Positions 33,617-51,829 of a stretch of DNA of 64,000 bases are shown here, one piece after another. This stretch comes from Salpingoeca rosetta (taxonomy: Eukaryota; Protista; Choanoflagellata): the NCBI GenBank assembly GCA_033442325.1, contig JAWQFM010000004.1, positions 490,979 through 554,978 on the forward strand, in the 5' to 3' direction. Positions within the stretch are counted from its first letter, which is position 1. Each line of letters begins with the position of its first letter. The position numbers and the translations under genes were made by a program. The notes under the pieces were generated by a model that saw only the letters and a program-made list of their open reading frames with translations, had not been told where the DNA came from and did not search any database.

Positions 33617-34235
33617 ACAACAACAGCAGCAGCAGCAGCAACACGGCGATGTTGCAGCGCTGGAGCAGGCGTATCTTGATGAGGAAAGCTTTGAAGACGT
33701 TGATGTCGCGAGTCACAGCAGTCATCATTCCGACACCGGCGCGTCGGACCTGGAATCCGCATCCATTGCGCAAGAAAGCGGACAGAACCGCCGCCAGCGC
33801 AGGGATCACGTGGATGGGAATGGTCGCGTGTCCAGTGCACGGTCTGTTTCGTCATCCGTCGCCTCATCAATCGCCACTGCAACCAACAGCCACGACGACG
33901 ACATCAAGGCCAAGCACAATGATGATAGTAGTGGTGGTGATGATGGTGATGGTGGTGACGGAGCTGCTGCGCAGTACTCTGATGACTTTGACGATGACGA
34001 TGACGATGACGATGATGACGGGGTGGTGGGTGGAGAAGGGGAGGAAAGCAGCGGTGCAGATGCAGGCAAGCGAGAGGAAGAGAGTGACAGCATTGCACTG
34101 AGTGACGATGACGACGTGATGCAAGATTCGACCACGCATGACGAAACACAAATGTTTGACAGGTCCGTGGGCAGCCAGTTGCACTTTCATCTCGGAACCG
34201 CCGCAGACCTCTCCTCCATCAGCTCCGAATCGTGA
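29804..34235 (+). CDS. Large Q/H/D-rich low-complexity protein, unknown function (weak resemblance to the Moonraker/KIAA0753 C-terminal helix)
   Basis: Phase-compatible exons 29804-30335, 30653-32937, 33132-34235; poly-Q tracts near 32089-32193 and 33430-33640; one structured-looking segment ECIDRLYRYQ...AVDDLFAAALESVLGETIDAIDSKALRLLQDEL. Start codon uncertain. Confidence 0.7.
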
Positions 34236-34544
34236 CTTTGGTGTGTGTTGTGTGTGTGTGTGTGTGTGTGTATGTTTCCTTCCTCACCCAGTCAGTCGTG
34301 CGTGCGTCCTGCATCTAATGCAATGCAACCCCTCGCCATATCCTTTTTGTCTGCTTCATTGACTGTCGTTGTCAATTATACTGTCCTTTCACGCCCCACG
34401 CCCCCACTAGACCCACGCCACTTCCCCCTCCCAGCACACGCAAAGCAGCAAACAAACAAACCAAACAACCAACCAACCAAACAAACAAACAGGTCAACAC
34501 GCATCGTCAGCAGCAACAGGAACACACGCGTAAAACCCACAAGC

Positions 34545-34643
<99 letters not shown>

Positions 34644-35031
34644 AACACAAGGGAAGTTGGGGAGGAGAGGTCACACTTCGGTCAGCACAGCACAGCAACG
34701 TGAACACTCACACAACAGCAGAGACACAACGGAACGACAACTGGATGGAAGAATGGAGGAAATGTAACTCAGAGGAACACACCACAAGAGAAAAAGGAAG
34801 AAAACCAGGAAGAAGAAAAAAAGAAGCGTCAACAGCAGAAGGGTCAGCACAAACACAGAGAAAGTCAGCACACGCACACAAAACAAGAGAGAACACAACA
34901 ATGGAGCAGGTGCGGCGTGGCAGCGACACCAAGCGTGTCATGCCAAAACAGCACACCACAAACTCCACCACCAGCACTTACTGCAACAACACACAACACC
35001 ACCACCACCACCACCACCATGTTTGCGCGCA

Positions 35032-36394
35032 TCACATGATGCAGATGGCGGAGGAGAGGCGGTGCTTCTCGAGCGGAATATCGGGGCCGAGCAAATCCTT
35101 CTGGATTGTGTCGCAGATGGCAAGCATGGCGCAGTCGTTCTGCCGGCCCTCAAAGGGATCGGCGAGGTCGCTGCCAAAGCGTTCCATGGCGAGATAGGCC
35201 GTGCCAATGAGGATGCTGGCCACCGCGCCGGGGTATCCGTACGAGTTGAACATCTGGAAGGGGAGGATGAGCAGGAAGCACGCCAGCACAAAGCGCAGGA
35301 AGAGGAAATACGTTGGCGGGAAGGGCGTCGTCTTGATGCGCTCGCACGCGCCCTGCAGATCCAAGCACGTGCCCGTGAGGCGGAGGAGGTGGATGCGCGC
35401 GTACGAGTCAATGAGCCCATCCCGGTAGAGCTTGTTGATGGCGCGGGACTGCACGCTCAGGAGGCCGACGGCCGGGTTTGGCAGGTGCATCAGCTGCATC
35501 TCGTCGTTCTGGAGATAGCGGCCCGCGGTGCCGGGGACTTGCTCGCGGCGGAGCTGGTGCACAACAAGGCGGATGTACGCAATGTGGCGCTGCACAATGT
35601 CGAGCTTCTGCTCGCGCGTGAGCTTCTTGCCGGGGTCCTCCACGCCTTCGAGGTAGGTGGGCACGGTACGTGACAGGTTCACAATGCCACCCCACAGCAT
35701 GCGGGCCTCCCACCAGCGCGAGTACGCCTGCGTGGCGCGGGGTGTTGTTGGGGCGGGAGGAGTGGGTTGTGGAAGGTGTGGGTGGAGGGGAGAAGAGGGG
35801 GTAGACACAAGCGTGTTGGATGTGAAGGTAAGCAAACACAGTTGGGAGAACAGCAAGCGCGGGCGCGAAAGAAGCGTGGAATAAGCGCGCGCATACAACA
35901 CATACGGAAACACATACAATCACACACACACACACACACACAAGCAAACAGATACGTACACACACACAAGTACGCACGCACAACACACACACAAGCAAAC
36001 AGGTACGCACACACATACGAACACACCTGGTTGTTGCCAAAGGTCTGGAAGAAGGTGAGGGAGACGCCAAGCATGGAAAGAAAGTCGCCCTCCGGTTTGG
36101 TAGAGATGATGTCGTACTTCAGGAGAAAGTACACCAAAATGTTGTACAGGATCAGGGTCAGCAGCTCAAAGCGGAGATTGTAGATTGTCGACATGAACAC
36201 TGCGGCGTGTATGCGTGCGAGCGTGGCATGGCGTGAGTGCACGAGCGGGATCACAGGTGACAGTGGAGAGAGGGGGGGTAGGAACAGTGAACGTTGGAAG
36301 CGGTCGCGAGAACGAACGGGCATCACATCACGGCAGTGAGCAGCTGGGGGTGCATACATTTCAGTCGCTGGTGAGAAGTTGACGCGGCCAGCAT
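35032..36394 (-). CDS. Bacterial-type bestrophin (YneE/VCCN-like) channel
   Basis: Exons 36358-36394 (tentative), 36027-36199, 35032-35727; motifs NQAYSRWWEARMLWG, GACERIKTTPFPPTY, LADPFEGRQND; four hydrophobic segments. Confidence 0.9.
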
Positions 36395-37000
36395 CTTGGC
36401 GGTTGGTCGGCGCTTTCGATCACAACACACACACACACACACCAGGTCAGCAACGATGTTCAGGGTCCGTGAGGGTACTGGGCAAAACGATCACAAGAAG
36501 GGGCGACGTGAGTTTGCATGTGGTGTGACGAGTGACATGACATGACATGGGTTTCGATTTCCACAGCAGTGAGTGTGTGTGTGTGTGTGTGAAGAAAAGA
36601 TGAAGCAGATGCCAGTGTGCCAACCCTCTCACATTCTCACGCGCACGAGACACGGACCACTCCAACACCACCCACCAACCAACAAGCACATCAATGCATC
36701 CACAGTCAAGCACAACAATCCATCACAGCACCGCTCTGCACTCACTTGAGCGAGGATGATTGGATGGAGCGTGCGAGCACATTAAAAAATTATGCATAAA
36801 GATTCGAAGGGAAACAATAGGAAAGAAAATTGGGCGTGAAACAAACACTCAAGCGGCAAGTTGACCATTAATTCAGCATCGAATCTTTTCTTGAAGCGCG
36901 AAGGGCAACAACGCACCGAAGGCTGCGGGACGTGCGGTGGCGTTGCTTTGGGCGCACATGAGCAAGGTGGCAACGGAAAGGACGAAGAGGAGCAAGCAAG

Positions 37001-37422
37001 ATGCGCGATGACACGCCGCTGCTGTTGGCGCCGGCGGAGCAGGGCGAATTGTGAGTGCGCCGTGGTGTGATATGGAGGAGGGAAACGGGGGGGGGGGGGG
37101 GGAAGGGCTCATCAAAAACAGCGAGACATGGCAGTGGGGTTGTTTGTTTGGATTGGTTGTTTGCTTTTGTTTAGAGATTGTGGGGGATTGGTGAGGCAAG
37201 GATCAGCATGGAGCGATGATGCGATGTGACATGATGTGCATCGCTCACCCAAGTGCTCCATGACACTGTATGTGGTGGCACAGCCAACCCTTGCTGTGGG
37301 CTCTGATGCTGCTGGAGGGTGTGGGCGTCTTGTTTCCGTGGAACGCGTTCATCACTGTCACCGAGTACTTCTCAACCAAGCTCGACGGCTCCCATTTTGA
37401 GGTCTGTGTGTGTGTGTGTGTA

Positions 37423-37475
<53 letters not shown>

Positions 37476-39050
37476 TGACATCACGTGCAGAGCACACACG
37501 ATGCAGCATTGTTGATCATCAAACAGTTCTCACACGATAGCCGATCCCGTCTTGATCCAACTTACATACATTCACACACACACACATGCGCGCACATGCG
37601 CACATGGGCGGATTGCAGTCGAACTTTGAGAACTACTTCTCGTTCACGTTCCAGCTGTTCAACATCCTGTTCCTAATTGTGGATGTGCTGTATGGCAACA
37701 AGTTCAAGACGCGCACGCGGATCCTGATTCCGCTCTGTGTGCAGCTTGTTGTGTTTGCGCTCATGACAGTCTTTGTCAAGGTCAGTGTGCGTGTGTACGT
37801 GTGTGTGTGTGTGTGTACGTGTGTGTGTGTACGTGTGTGTGTACGTGTGTGTGTGTGCGTGTACGTGTGTGTGTGTGTGCGTGTGAACCTATGTGCGCAA
37901 GCGTGCAAGCTTAATCATGTGTTCCTCTTCGCCTCCCTCTGTTTGACTTCCACTCAAAGCACTACTGACATGACCACGTTGCTTGGTGTTGTTGGGACGC
38001 TTGTAGGTTGACATGGCACCCAACACGTTCTTTGGGGTGACGCTTGTGCTTGTCATCTTTGCTGGAGGTATGTGGGAAATGAGCGTGTGCTCACTGTACG
38101 TGCCGTGCCATGAGTGTGTGCACCGCTTCTTTGCAGCATCGCTCACACCACTCCCCTTCATCACCCTCACATCACTTGCAACACACCACTCGCAACACAT
38201 CACTTGCAACACATTACTCGCAACACATCACTCGCAACATATCACTCGCAACACATCACTCGACCTCGCGTCACACCTGCATGTTGCTGTTTTGTTGGGC
38301 AACAGGGGCGACTGCGTTTTTGCAGGGCGGGTTCTTCAGCCTTGCTGCTGTGATGCGCAGCAAGTACACGCAGGCGCAGATGACGGGGCAAGGACTTGGC
38401 GGGCTGATTGTGTCGCTGCTGAATGTGCTGACACTTGCAGTTGGCGGGAAGAAGAACAACGCGGAGAACGCGGCCTTCATCTTCTTCATCATCGCCGTCG
38501 GCCTCATCGCCATCTGCATCGGTGAGGTTGCAGTCGTACTCGTGCAGTCGTGCACACACTCCCGCAGACACAATGTGGCTCAAATGACCACAATACCACA
38601 CGCAAATACATTCACACGCTCATGCACACACGCTCACACACCCACGCGTACGTGCAAATGTTCCTCTCGTTCCCATGATCACATTTGCCTTGGAACACAT
38701 CCATTGTTGCGTTGATAGCCGGTTTTTTGTACATGGTCAACCATCCATATGTGAAGCTGATGCTGCGCAGAAACCACCTCATTCGACAAGAGGTGCGTGT
38801 GTGCGTGCATGTGTGTGTGTGTGTGTGCATGTGTGTATGTGTGTGTGCGTGTGTGTGTGTGTGTTTGGACTTGAGTTTGGTGGATCACAATCTCACCATC
38901 ACGATCTCACCATGGCTTGTCTTTGGCGTCGCAACATCACATGCTGTCGTCATCGTCGCCGCTATTCTCTCTCATGGTGAACACGTGCGCCTCAGTCCAT
39001 CGCGAGTATTGTGAGTATGAACGCACGAGTGAGCCGAGGAACAGAGAGAG

Positions 39051-39111
<61 letters not shown>

Positions 39112-39603
39112 GTGTGTATGCGAGAGAGAGAGAGAGAGCGATTTGCTGAAATTGTTGCTGGAATGGAATGCCTGGCCTGTGCGGTTATGCATGTCATTCC
39201 CCTGGCTCTCTGATGGCCTGGTTGCTCACGTCGATGTGTTGTTTGAACACGTGCTTGTGTGCACCCAATGGTTTGTCCATATGCGCGCTCTCTGGTGTGT
39301 GTGCACCATCCAGCAATCCCTCGGAGGCGACACGTCCACGTGGGCGATGGCAAAGTCCGCCGTCGCGCAGGTAGTGATGCACACATGCGAATGATGTCTG
39401 TTGGAGATATGAGGGTCTGTGGTTTGCTTGCAGGCACCCTGTCGCTGACGTGATGAGCATGGTTTTGTGTGAATTTGCTTGTGACTGCACAGACGAAGCT
39501 GCCTGCCATCATGGTGATGACGACGTTTGCCATCACCCTCGCCATCTTCCCTGGCATCACAGACCGCATCCAGTCCGTACGTTGAGCGTGCGTGTGTGTG
39601 TGT

Positions 39604-39663
<60 letters not shown>

Positions 39664-40419
39664 TTTATGTTCTCTGAACTCAACTTGATGCGTGACCAAA
39701 TCTACCACCCATCAAACTCGCTCACCCGCCAGCTACCACACACACACGTGTGACTCCCCGAGTGCAGACTGCGGATCCTGAGACGCTGTGGGCGAAGCGG
39801 TACTTTGTTCCTGTGACGTGCTTTGTGTTCTTCAACCTCGGCGACACGATTGGGCGGTCGCTGTCGCTGTGGTGGGAGTGGCCTGGAGTGCGCAACTATC
39901 GCAAGCTCCGCATCCCCGTGTTTGCCCGCGTTGTCTTCATTGTCCTCTTTCTCTTCTGCAACGTCCAGCTCAGCGACACCGTAAGTGTGCGTGCATTGGG
40001 GTGGGATTGTGTGTAGATGTGTGTGTGATTGTGTGTGTGTGTGGGATTGTGTGTGTGTGGGATTGTGTGTGCAATTGTGCGTGTTCATGTGGTTGTGTAC
40101 ACGTGCGTGTTTCGCCATGACCACAACTCACCTGTGCCAATGGTGTTGTCTTGTGCATGTGCGCAATGCGTAATGCGTGTGTGTGTTGGGTGCGCACAGG
40201 GGGAGTCGAAGATACCTGTTGGGTTCAAGAGCGACGCGTGGCCGTCTGTGTTTATGCTGGTGATGGCATTTACCAACGGCTACTTTGGCAACCTGTGCAT
40301 GGAATACGGACCACAGTGAGTGCTGTGCGCATGGCGTGCGTATGTGTGTGTGTGTGTGTGTATGTTTCAAGGTTGTTTGCGTGTGTGTTTGCGTGCGTGC
40401 GCTTGTTTGTGCGTGCGCT

Positions 40420-40451
<32 letters not shown>

Positions 40452-40769
40452 AGTTGCGTGCACACTCCCGCACACATCATACACGAACACGCGAACACTG
40501 TGACACTCACCAATTACACAACACAACACAATGCGTCAGGATTGCTGATGAGCACAACCAGTCGATGGCTGGAGCGTTTATGGTGAGTTGTTTGTTGTCG
40601 TTTGTGGTCGTGATGGAAGTGGGTGGTGGTGTTGCAGTGGTGCCGTTATGCACGAGCCACAGTGCAGTGTCGTGTCACTTTGTCGTGGCATGGCAGTTCA
40701 TGCTCCTGTTGTATTGTTTCGTTTGCTCTGTATTCCCATCATCTCACACGCTCACACACACACACACAC

Positions 40770-40813
<44 letters not shown>

Positions 40814-40927
40814 ACTACACTTGTGATGCAGGCGCTGTCGCTGACGGTTGGCTTGCTGCTGGGCACGTTGATCAACTTTGCTCTCAAGGCCATTCTGTGC
40901 GGATGCAACCCATTTGTGTCCGGGTAA
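37001..40927 (+). CDS. Equilibrative nucleoside transporter (SLC29/ENT), tandem copy A
   Basis: GVGVLFPWNAFITVTEYF, NFENYFS, YTQAQMTGQGLGG, ITLAIFPGI, FNLGDTIGRSL, MAFTNGYFGNLCMEYGP, GLLLGTL; stop TAA 40925-40927. Confidence 0.92.
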
Positions 40928-41430
40928 CAGCAGTTTCGCGCGCACACACCACCTCCCATCACACATACATACACACACACACACTCCCACGTTGGTCCTT
41001 GTTGTTTGAGAAGCATGGCAAGCAAGCTTCTATGTATTGTGATTGAGTGCTCTTTGTTAGTGATTGATGACTGTGGATATGACCCTTCTTGTGATGGCGC
41101 GCTTGCAAGCAAGCGTTTGTTGTGTGTCGCGTGTAACGTAACAGTGGCGTTGTGATGTGGTTGTGGCATGTTCCCTTTGACTGTTTTCGTGCCATGTCCT
41201 GCGTCGTCTCTTCGGCAGCAGGGGCTGGGCCAGCTTAGCGCGGCTATCATCATCTCACCTCTTGCTTGAAAGGGCAACCACTCTTCCTCTCGTTCCAGTA
41301 AACAAAATGAAGGGGCTAAGGGAGGGCTGGGTAGGAGGGGATGTGAGGGGGAGACACCAACGTGCATAAAGTGACAGCGCACACAGTCAACACACAAGGT
41401 GACAGCGCACACAGTAATGTAACAGAGCAC

Positions 41431-41469
<39 letters not shown>

Positions 41470-41666
41470 CAGAGATTGCTTGCAAGCAAAATTTCTTTGG
41501 CTTGTGTTGTGCGCCGTCCTTCCAATCAACACCCCGCATTATCACACCACCACCACTCCCCTCCAGACTGCGACGTCATCGTCATCGCACATCACATCAT
41601 CGGACACGTGAGTGTGCTTGGACGTGTGAGCGCTCGTGCTTGTGCAATAACGTCACAGCGCCGTGC

Positions 41667-42318
41667 ATGCCATTTCTGCCGTGCTGCAAGCCGCGACGAC
41701 CCCGCCTTGGCCGCATCGGACGCCAGCAAGCCATCGACGAGGGCGACGGCGACGACGACACCACCAGCAGTGACATGGACGAGGAAACTTCTGTGCGGGC
41801 GCCACTGGTGCCGGCCCCAAAGTCGGATCGCGGGGACTTGTACGTACTGGTCGTTAGTGGATGTGTCGCACTGCTGTACTTTGCAATCGGGGTGTGAGGT
41901 GATGCTGGTTTGGGTGCAGTTGGATGCATGTGTGGGGTGCGATCTGATCGCAGCACTTGTGGGTGGAACCCGTGTCCTTCGTTGGCATCTCACCGTGTTT
42001 GTCACACGCACGCTGTTGGTTGTCTGCTGTTGCACTTGTGTCTGATACAGTAACATGTTGCTGTGGGCTCTGATGCTGCTGGAGGGTGTGGGCGTCTTGT
42101 TTCCGTGGAACGCGTTCATCACTGTCACCGAGTACTTCTCAACCAAGCTCGACGGCTCCCATTTTGAGGTCTGTGTGTGTGTGTGTGTATGTGTGTGTGT
42201 GTATGTGTGTTTGTGTGTGTGCATGTTTGTGGTGACATCACGTGCAGAGCACACATGATGCAGCATTGTTGATCATCAAACAGTTCTCACACGATAGCCG
42301 ATCCCGTCTTGATCCAAC

Positions 42319-42388
<70 letters not shown>

Positions 42389-43257
42389 CGCACATGGGCG
42401 GATTGCAGTCGAACTTTGAGAACTACTTCTCGTTCACGTTCCAGCTGTTCAACATCCTGTTCCTAATTGTGGATGTGCTGTATGGCAACAAGTTCAAGAC
42501 GCGCACGCGGATCCTGATTCCGCTCTGTGTGCAGCTTGTTGTGTTTGCGCTCATGACAGTCTTTGTCAAGGTCAGTGTGTGTGTGTGTGTGTGTGTGTGA
42601 ACCCATGTGCGCAAGCGTGCAAGCTTAATCATGTGTTCCTCTTCGCCTCCCTCTCTTTGACTTCCGCTCAACACACTACTGACATGACCACGTTGCTTGG
42701 TGTTGGTGTTGTTGGGACGCTTGTAGGTTGACATGGCACCCAACACGTTCTTTGGGGTGACGCTTGTGCTTGTCATCTTTGCTGGAGGTATGTGGGAAAT
42801 GAGCGTGTGCTCACTGTACGCGCCATGCCATGAGTGTGTGCACCGTTGCTTTGCAGCATCGCTCACACCACTCCCCTTCATCACCCTCACATCACTCGCA
42901 ACACATCACTCGACCTCGCGTCACACCTGCACGTTGCGTGTTTTGTTGGGCAACAGGGGCGACTGCGTTTCTGCAGGGCGGGTTCTTCAGCCTTGCTGCT
43001 GTGATGCGCAGCAAGTACACGCAGGCGCAGATGACGGGGCAAGGGCTTGGCGGGCTGATTGTGTCGCTGCTGAATGTGCTGACGCTTGCAGTTGGCGGGA
43101 AGAAGAACAACGCGGAGAACGCAGCCTTCATCTTCTTCATCATCGCCGTCGGCCTCATCGCCATCTGCATCGGTACAGAGCGCCACATGGTCTGGGATGC
43201 AGTCCACCTTGTGTTGCACGCGTGCTCGCACCCTCCCCTTGCTGCTTCTAATTCATT

Positions 43258-43306
<49 letters not shown>

Positions 43307-44108
43307 CACACACACACACATACTGTCCGTCTGTGTGTGTGTCTGGTCGCTTACGTGTCGCTCCCTCCTCTTCACTCTGATTTCTGGCTTGTGCCACGAC
43401 AGTTGGGTTCCTGTACATGATCAACTCCAGATATGTGAAGATGATGGAGAAGCGAAACCGCCTCGTGCGCAGACAGGTGCGTTGTCAATCCTGCCTGCAT
43501 GCAAGAAAATGCGTGCGTCAATGGATGGAAACGTTTTTGTGCAGATGCGCTGGCTGACATCTTGCCCTGCTGTGTGATGCACCACACTCAATTGCCACTC
43601 CGGTCTGTCTTTGCCACCAACTTTCTTCAAGTCAATTGAAAGCATCGTGAGTTTGGGAAACGCTGCTGGCTTGATTGCGTGGTTGTGCTGTTGTGTGCTT
43701 GACGCCGATGACCTGCACGACTGCACTGCCCGCATGCTGCGAGGTAGTTTTGTGAGCGACTGACACATGTGTGTGCTGAAATGCATCACATCCCACTGCG
43801 TGATTGCCTGACTTGTAGCAATCATCTGGGGGCGACACGTCCACGTGGGCGCTGGCAAAGTCCGCCGTCGCGCAGGTAGTGATGCACACATGCGAATGAT
43901 GTCTGTTGGAGATATGAGGGTCTGTGGTTTGCTTGCAGGCACCCTGTCGCTGACGTGATGAGCATGGTTTTGCGTGAATTTGCTTGTGACTGCACAGACG
44001 AAGCTGCCTGCCATCATGGTGATGACGACGTTTGCCATCACCCTCGCCATCTTCCCTGGCATCACAGACCGCATCCAGTCCGTACGTTGAGCGTGCGTGT
44101 GTGTGTGT

Positions 44109-44182
<74 letters not shown>

Positions 44183-45284
44183 TTTATGTTCTCTGAACTC
44201 AACGTGATGCGTGACCAAATCTACCACCCATCAAACTCGCTCACCCGCCAGCTACCACACACACACGTGTGACTCCCCGAGTGCAGACTGCGGATCCTGA
44301 GACGCTGTGGGCGAAGCGGTACTTTGTTCCTGTGACGTGCTTTGTGTTCTTCAACCTCGGCGACACGATTGGGCGGTCGCTGTCGCTGTGGTGGGAGTGG
44401 CCTGGAGTGCGCAACTATCGCAAGCTCCGCATCCCCGTGTTTGCCCGCGTTGTCTTCATTGTCCTCTTTCTCTTCTGCAACGTCCAGCTCAGCGACACCG
44501 TAAGTGTGCGTGCATTGGGGTGGGATTGTGTGTAGATGTGTGTGTGATTGTGTGTGTGTGTGGGATTGTGTGTGTGTGGGATTGTGTGTGCAATTGTGCG
44601 TGTTCATGTGGTTGTGTACACGTGCGTGTTTCGCCATGACCACAACTCACCTGTGCCAATGGTGTTGTCTTGTGCATGTGCGCAATGCGTAATGCGTGTG
44701 TGTGTTGGGTGCGCACAGGGGGAGTCGAAGATACCTGTTGGGTTCAAGAGCGACGCGTGGCCGTCTGTGTTTATGCTGGTGATGGCATTTACCAACGGCT
44801 ACTTTGGCAACCTGTGCATGGAATACGGACCACAGTGAGTGCTGTGCGCATGGCGTGCGTATGTGTGTGTGTGTGTGTGTATGTTTCAAGGTTGTTTGCG
44901 TGTGTGTTTGCGTGCGTGCGCTTGTTTGTGCGTGCGCTTGTTTGTGTGTGTGTGTGTGTGTGTGTGAGTTGCGTGCACACTCCCGCACACATCATACACG
45001 AACACGCGAACACTGTGACACTCACCAATTACACAACACAACACAATGCGTCAGGATTGCTGATGAGCACAACCAGTCGATGGCTGGAGCGTTTATGGTG
45101 AGTTGTTTGTTGTCGTTTGTGGTCGTGATGGAAGTGGGTGGTGGTGTTGCAGTGGTGCCGTTATGCACGAGCCACAGTGCAGTGTCGTGTCACTTTGTCG
45201 TGGCATGGCAGTTCATGCTCCTGTTGTATTGTTTCGTTTGCTCTGTATTCCCATCATCTCACACGCTCACACACACACACACAC

Positions 45285-45330
<46 letters not shown>

Positions 45331-45444
45331 ACTACACTTGTGATGCAGGCGCTGTCGCTGACGGTTGGGCTGCTGCTGGGCACGCTGATCAACTTTGCTC
45401 TCAAGGCCATTCTGTGCGGATGTAACCCATTTGTGTCTGGGTGA
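41667..45444 (+). CDS. Equilibrative nucleoside transporter (SLC29/ENT), tandem copy B (start uncertain)
   Basis: Same exon structure and motifs as copy A; distinct first exon (...MDEETSVRAPLVPAPKSDRGD); stop TGA 45442-45444. Confidence 0.92.
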
Positions 45445-45918
45445 CGCCAGTGTTTCCACCTCCACCAGTCAACGTGCCGTTGTTCTGGGCCCCCTCCCTT
45501 TTCCGCTCTGCTTCCCTTGTCTTGTGTGGCTCTGTTGTGTTGTGACGTGGAGTGCCTGATGTGTGAGTTGCGATTCCCTTTTGTATGATTTGCTTTGCTT
45601 GTCTCTGTGTGTTCATGCATGCACGATGTAGTTGTGTGCAGTTGTGTGTTCCTTGTGAGAGTTGTTCTTCGCATTGTGTTTATCGTGTAATTGGCAACCA
45701 TGAATGAAGCATCAGCGCGTATCAGTCAAGGAAGAAAAAGGCCCAAAGGGGAGAGAGGAAGGCACGGGGATGAAGGTGACAAAAGCAGCAACTGATGAGT
45801 GAGCAGAAAAGGCACGTCGTTGTGGTCATGTCAATGGGGTGGAATTGGCAAACTAAAACGGAAGGAGAGGTCATGGCACGCGCGTGTTGGCCACTTGTGA
45901 CTACAGCACGGCCGTCAC

Positions 45919-46054
45919 TTAGCCCTTCTTGACAGCGACAACGTTTTCGTTGACTTTCCTGACGTAGATTGACCTTTGGCATGCACGCAACATGGGCAGC
46001 CAGTGTGAGCGTGCGTGCGTGCGTGCGTGCGTGAGTGCGTGTGTTGTGTTGTGT

Positions 46055-46096
<42 letters not shown>

Positions 46097-46508
46097 GTGT
46101 TGTGTGCGTGTATGTGTGTGTATGTGTGTGCGTGCGTGCGTGAGTGAGTGTGTTGTGTTGTGTGCGTGTATGTGTGTGTATGTGTGTGCGTGTGTGCGTG
46201 TGAGCCTGTGTGTTGTGTGTGTGCGTGCGTGCGTGCGTGTGTCTTGTGTATGTATGTATGTGCGTGTGCGTGCGTGTGTACTTGATCAACAGATCTCAAG
46301 CGGTGGTCGCAGATGTGATCATGCATGAGAACGAAACGTGTCGAGTGGGATCGGCCGAGCGTACTGTGATGTCGTTGAATCGATGCAAACGGCGACAGGC
46401 TGGTCCGTGTCGAAGAGTTGTCTCGACAACGTGTGAATGGCATGCAGGCTGCCAGCGTCAGCCTCTGTCAGATCCCCCGACGCTATGAGAGAGAGTGAGA
46501 GTGAGTGA

Positions 46509-46583
<75 letters not shown>

Positions 46584-46825
46584 GATCAACACTCGCGTGA
46601 ATCGCCGCAGCCAAACCACGATATCCCCTTCAACACGCACACGCACACACACACACACCACACACACATACACACACACATGCACACACACACATACACA
46701 CACACATACACACACACATACACACACAAAGCCGCTTCCCGCCTTTGCGCGCACGTACAGGTGATGCACAGGCCGTTGCTGTCGGTGCACACGGCACCCT
46801 TTGTGTTCCGTCCATCAGCCATCAT
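45919..46825 (-). CDS. LAMTOR5: LAMTOR5/HBXIP Ragulator subunit (3 exons, 79 aa)
   Basis: Exons 46759-46825, 46365-46482, 45919-45973 give MMADGRNTKGAVCTDSNGLCITSSGDLTEADAGSLHAIHTLSRQLFDTDQPVAVCIDSTTSQSIYVRKVNENVVAVKKG*, matching the LAMTOR5 pattern GVLCTDSQGL..G.L....AG...P.VCLES...I.I.K....VAV.K. Confidence 0.88.
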
Positions 46826-47136
46826 GTGTGTCTTGTGTTGTGTGTGTTGGAGAAACGTGGAACTGATTTCAGTTTAATGTGATGTGAGACTGAAATAAGT
46901 CTACTAACGAGCCAAGCTGCTCACTGCGCACTGGCTTGCTCTTGCTTGCACGCATTTTGGCTGTGCAGCGCATTTTGTTTGTTTGCCTGTAGGCCTGTGC
47001 ACATGCTTGGTGACAGGACGCACTTGCGCCCTCACAGCCAACAAACAGACACAGCAGACACAGCGTGCATTCATTTTACTTCACGCCACACCCCACTGTG
47101 TCTGCAACCGTCAGCACAGCAGGCAAACGAGCAAAG

Positions 47137-51829
<4,693 letters not shown>

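Noticed and set aside
33175-34101. Poly-N, poly-T, poly-V and poly-L ORFs
   Set aside because: Alternative frames of the (CAA)n poly-Q tract.
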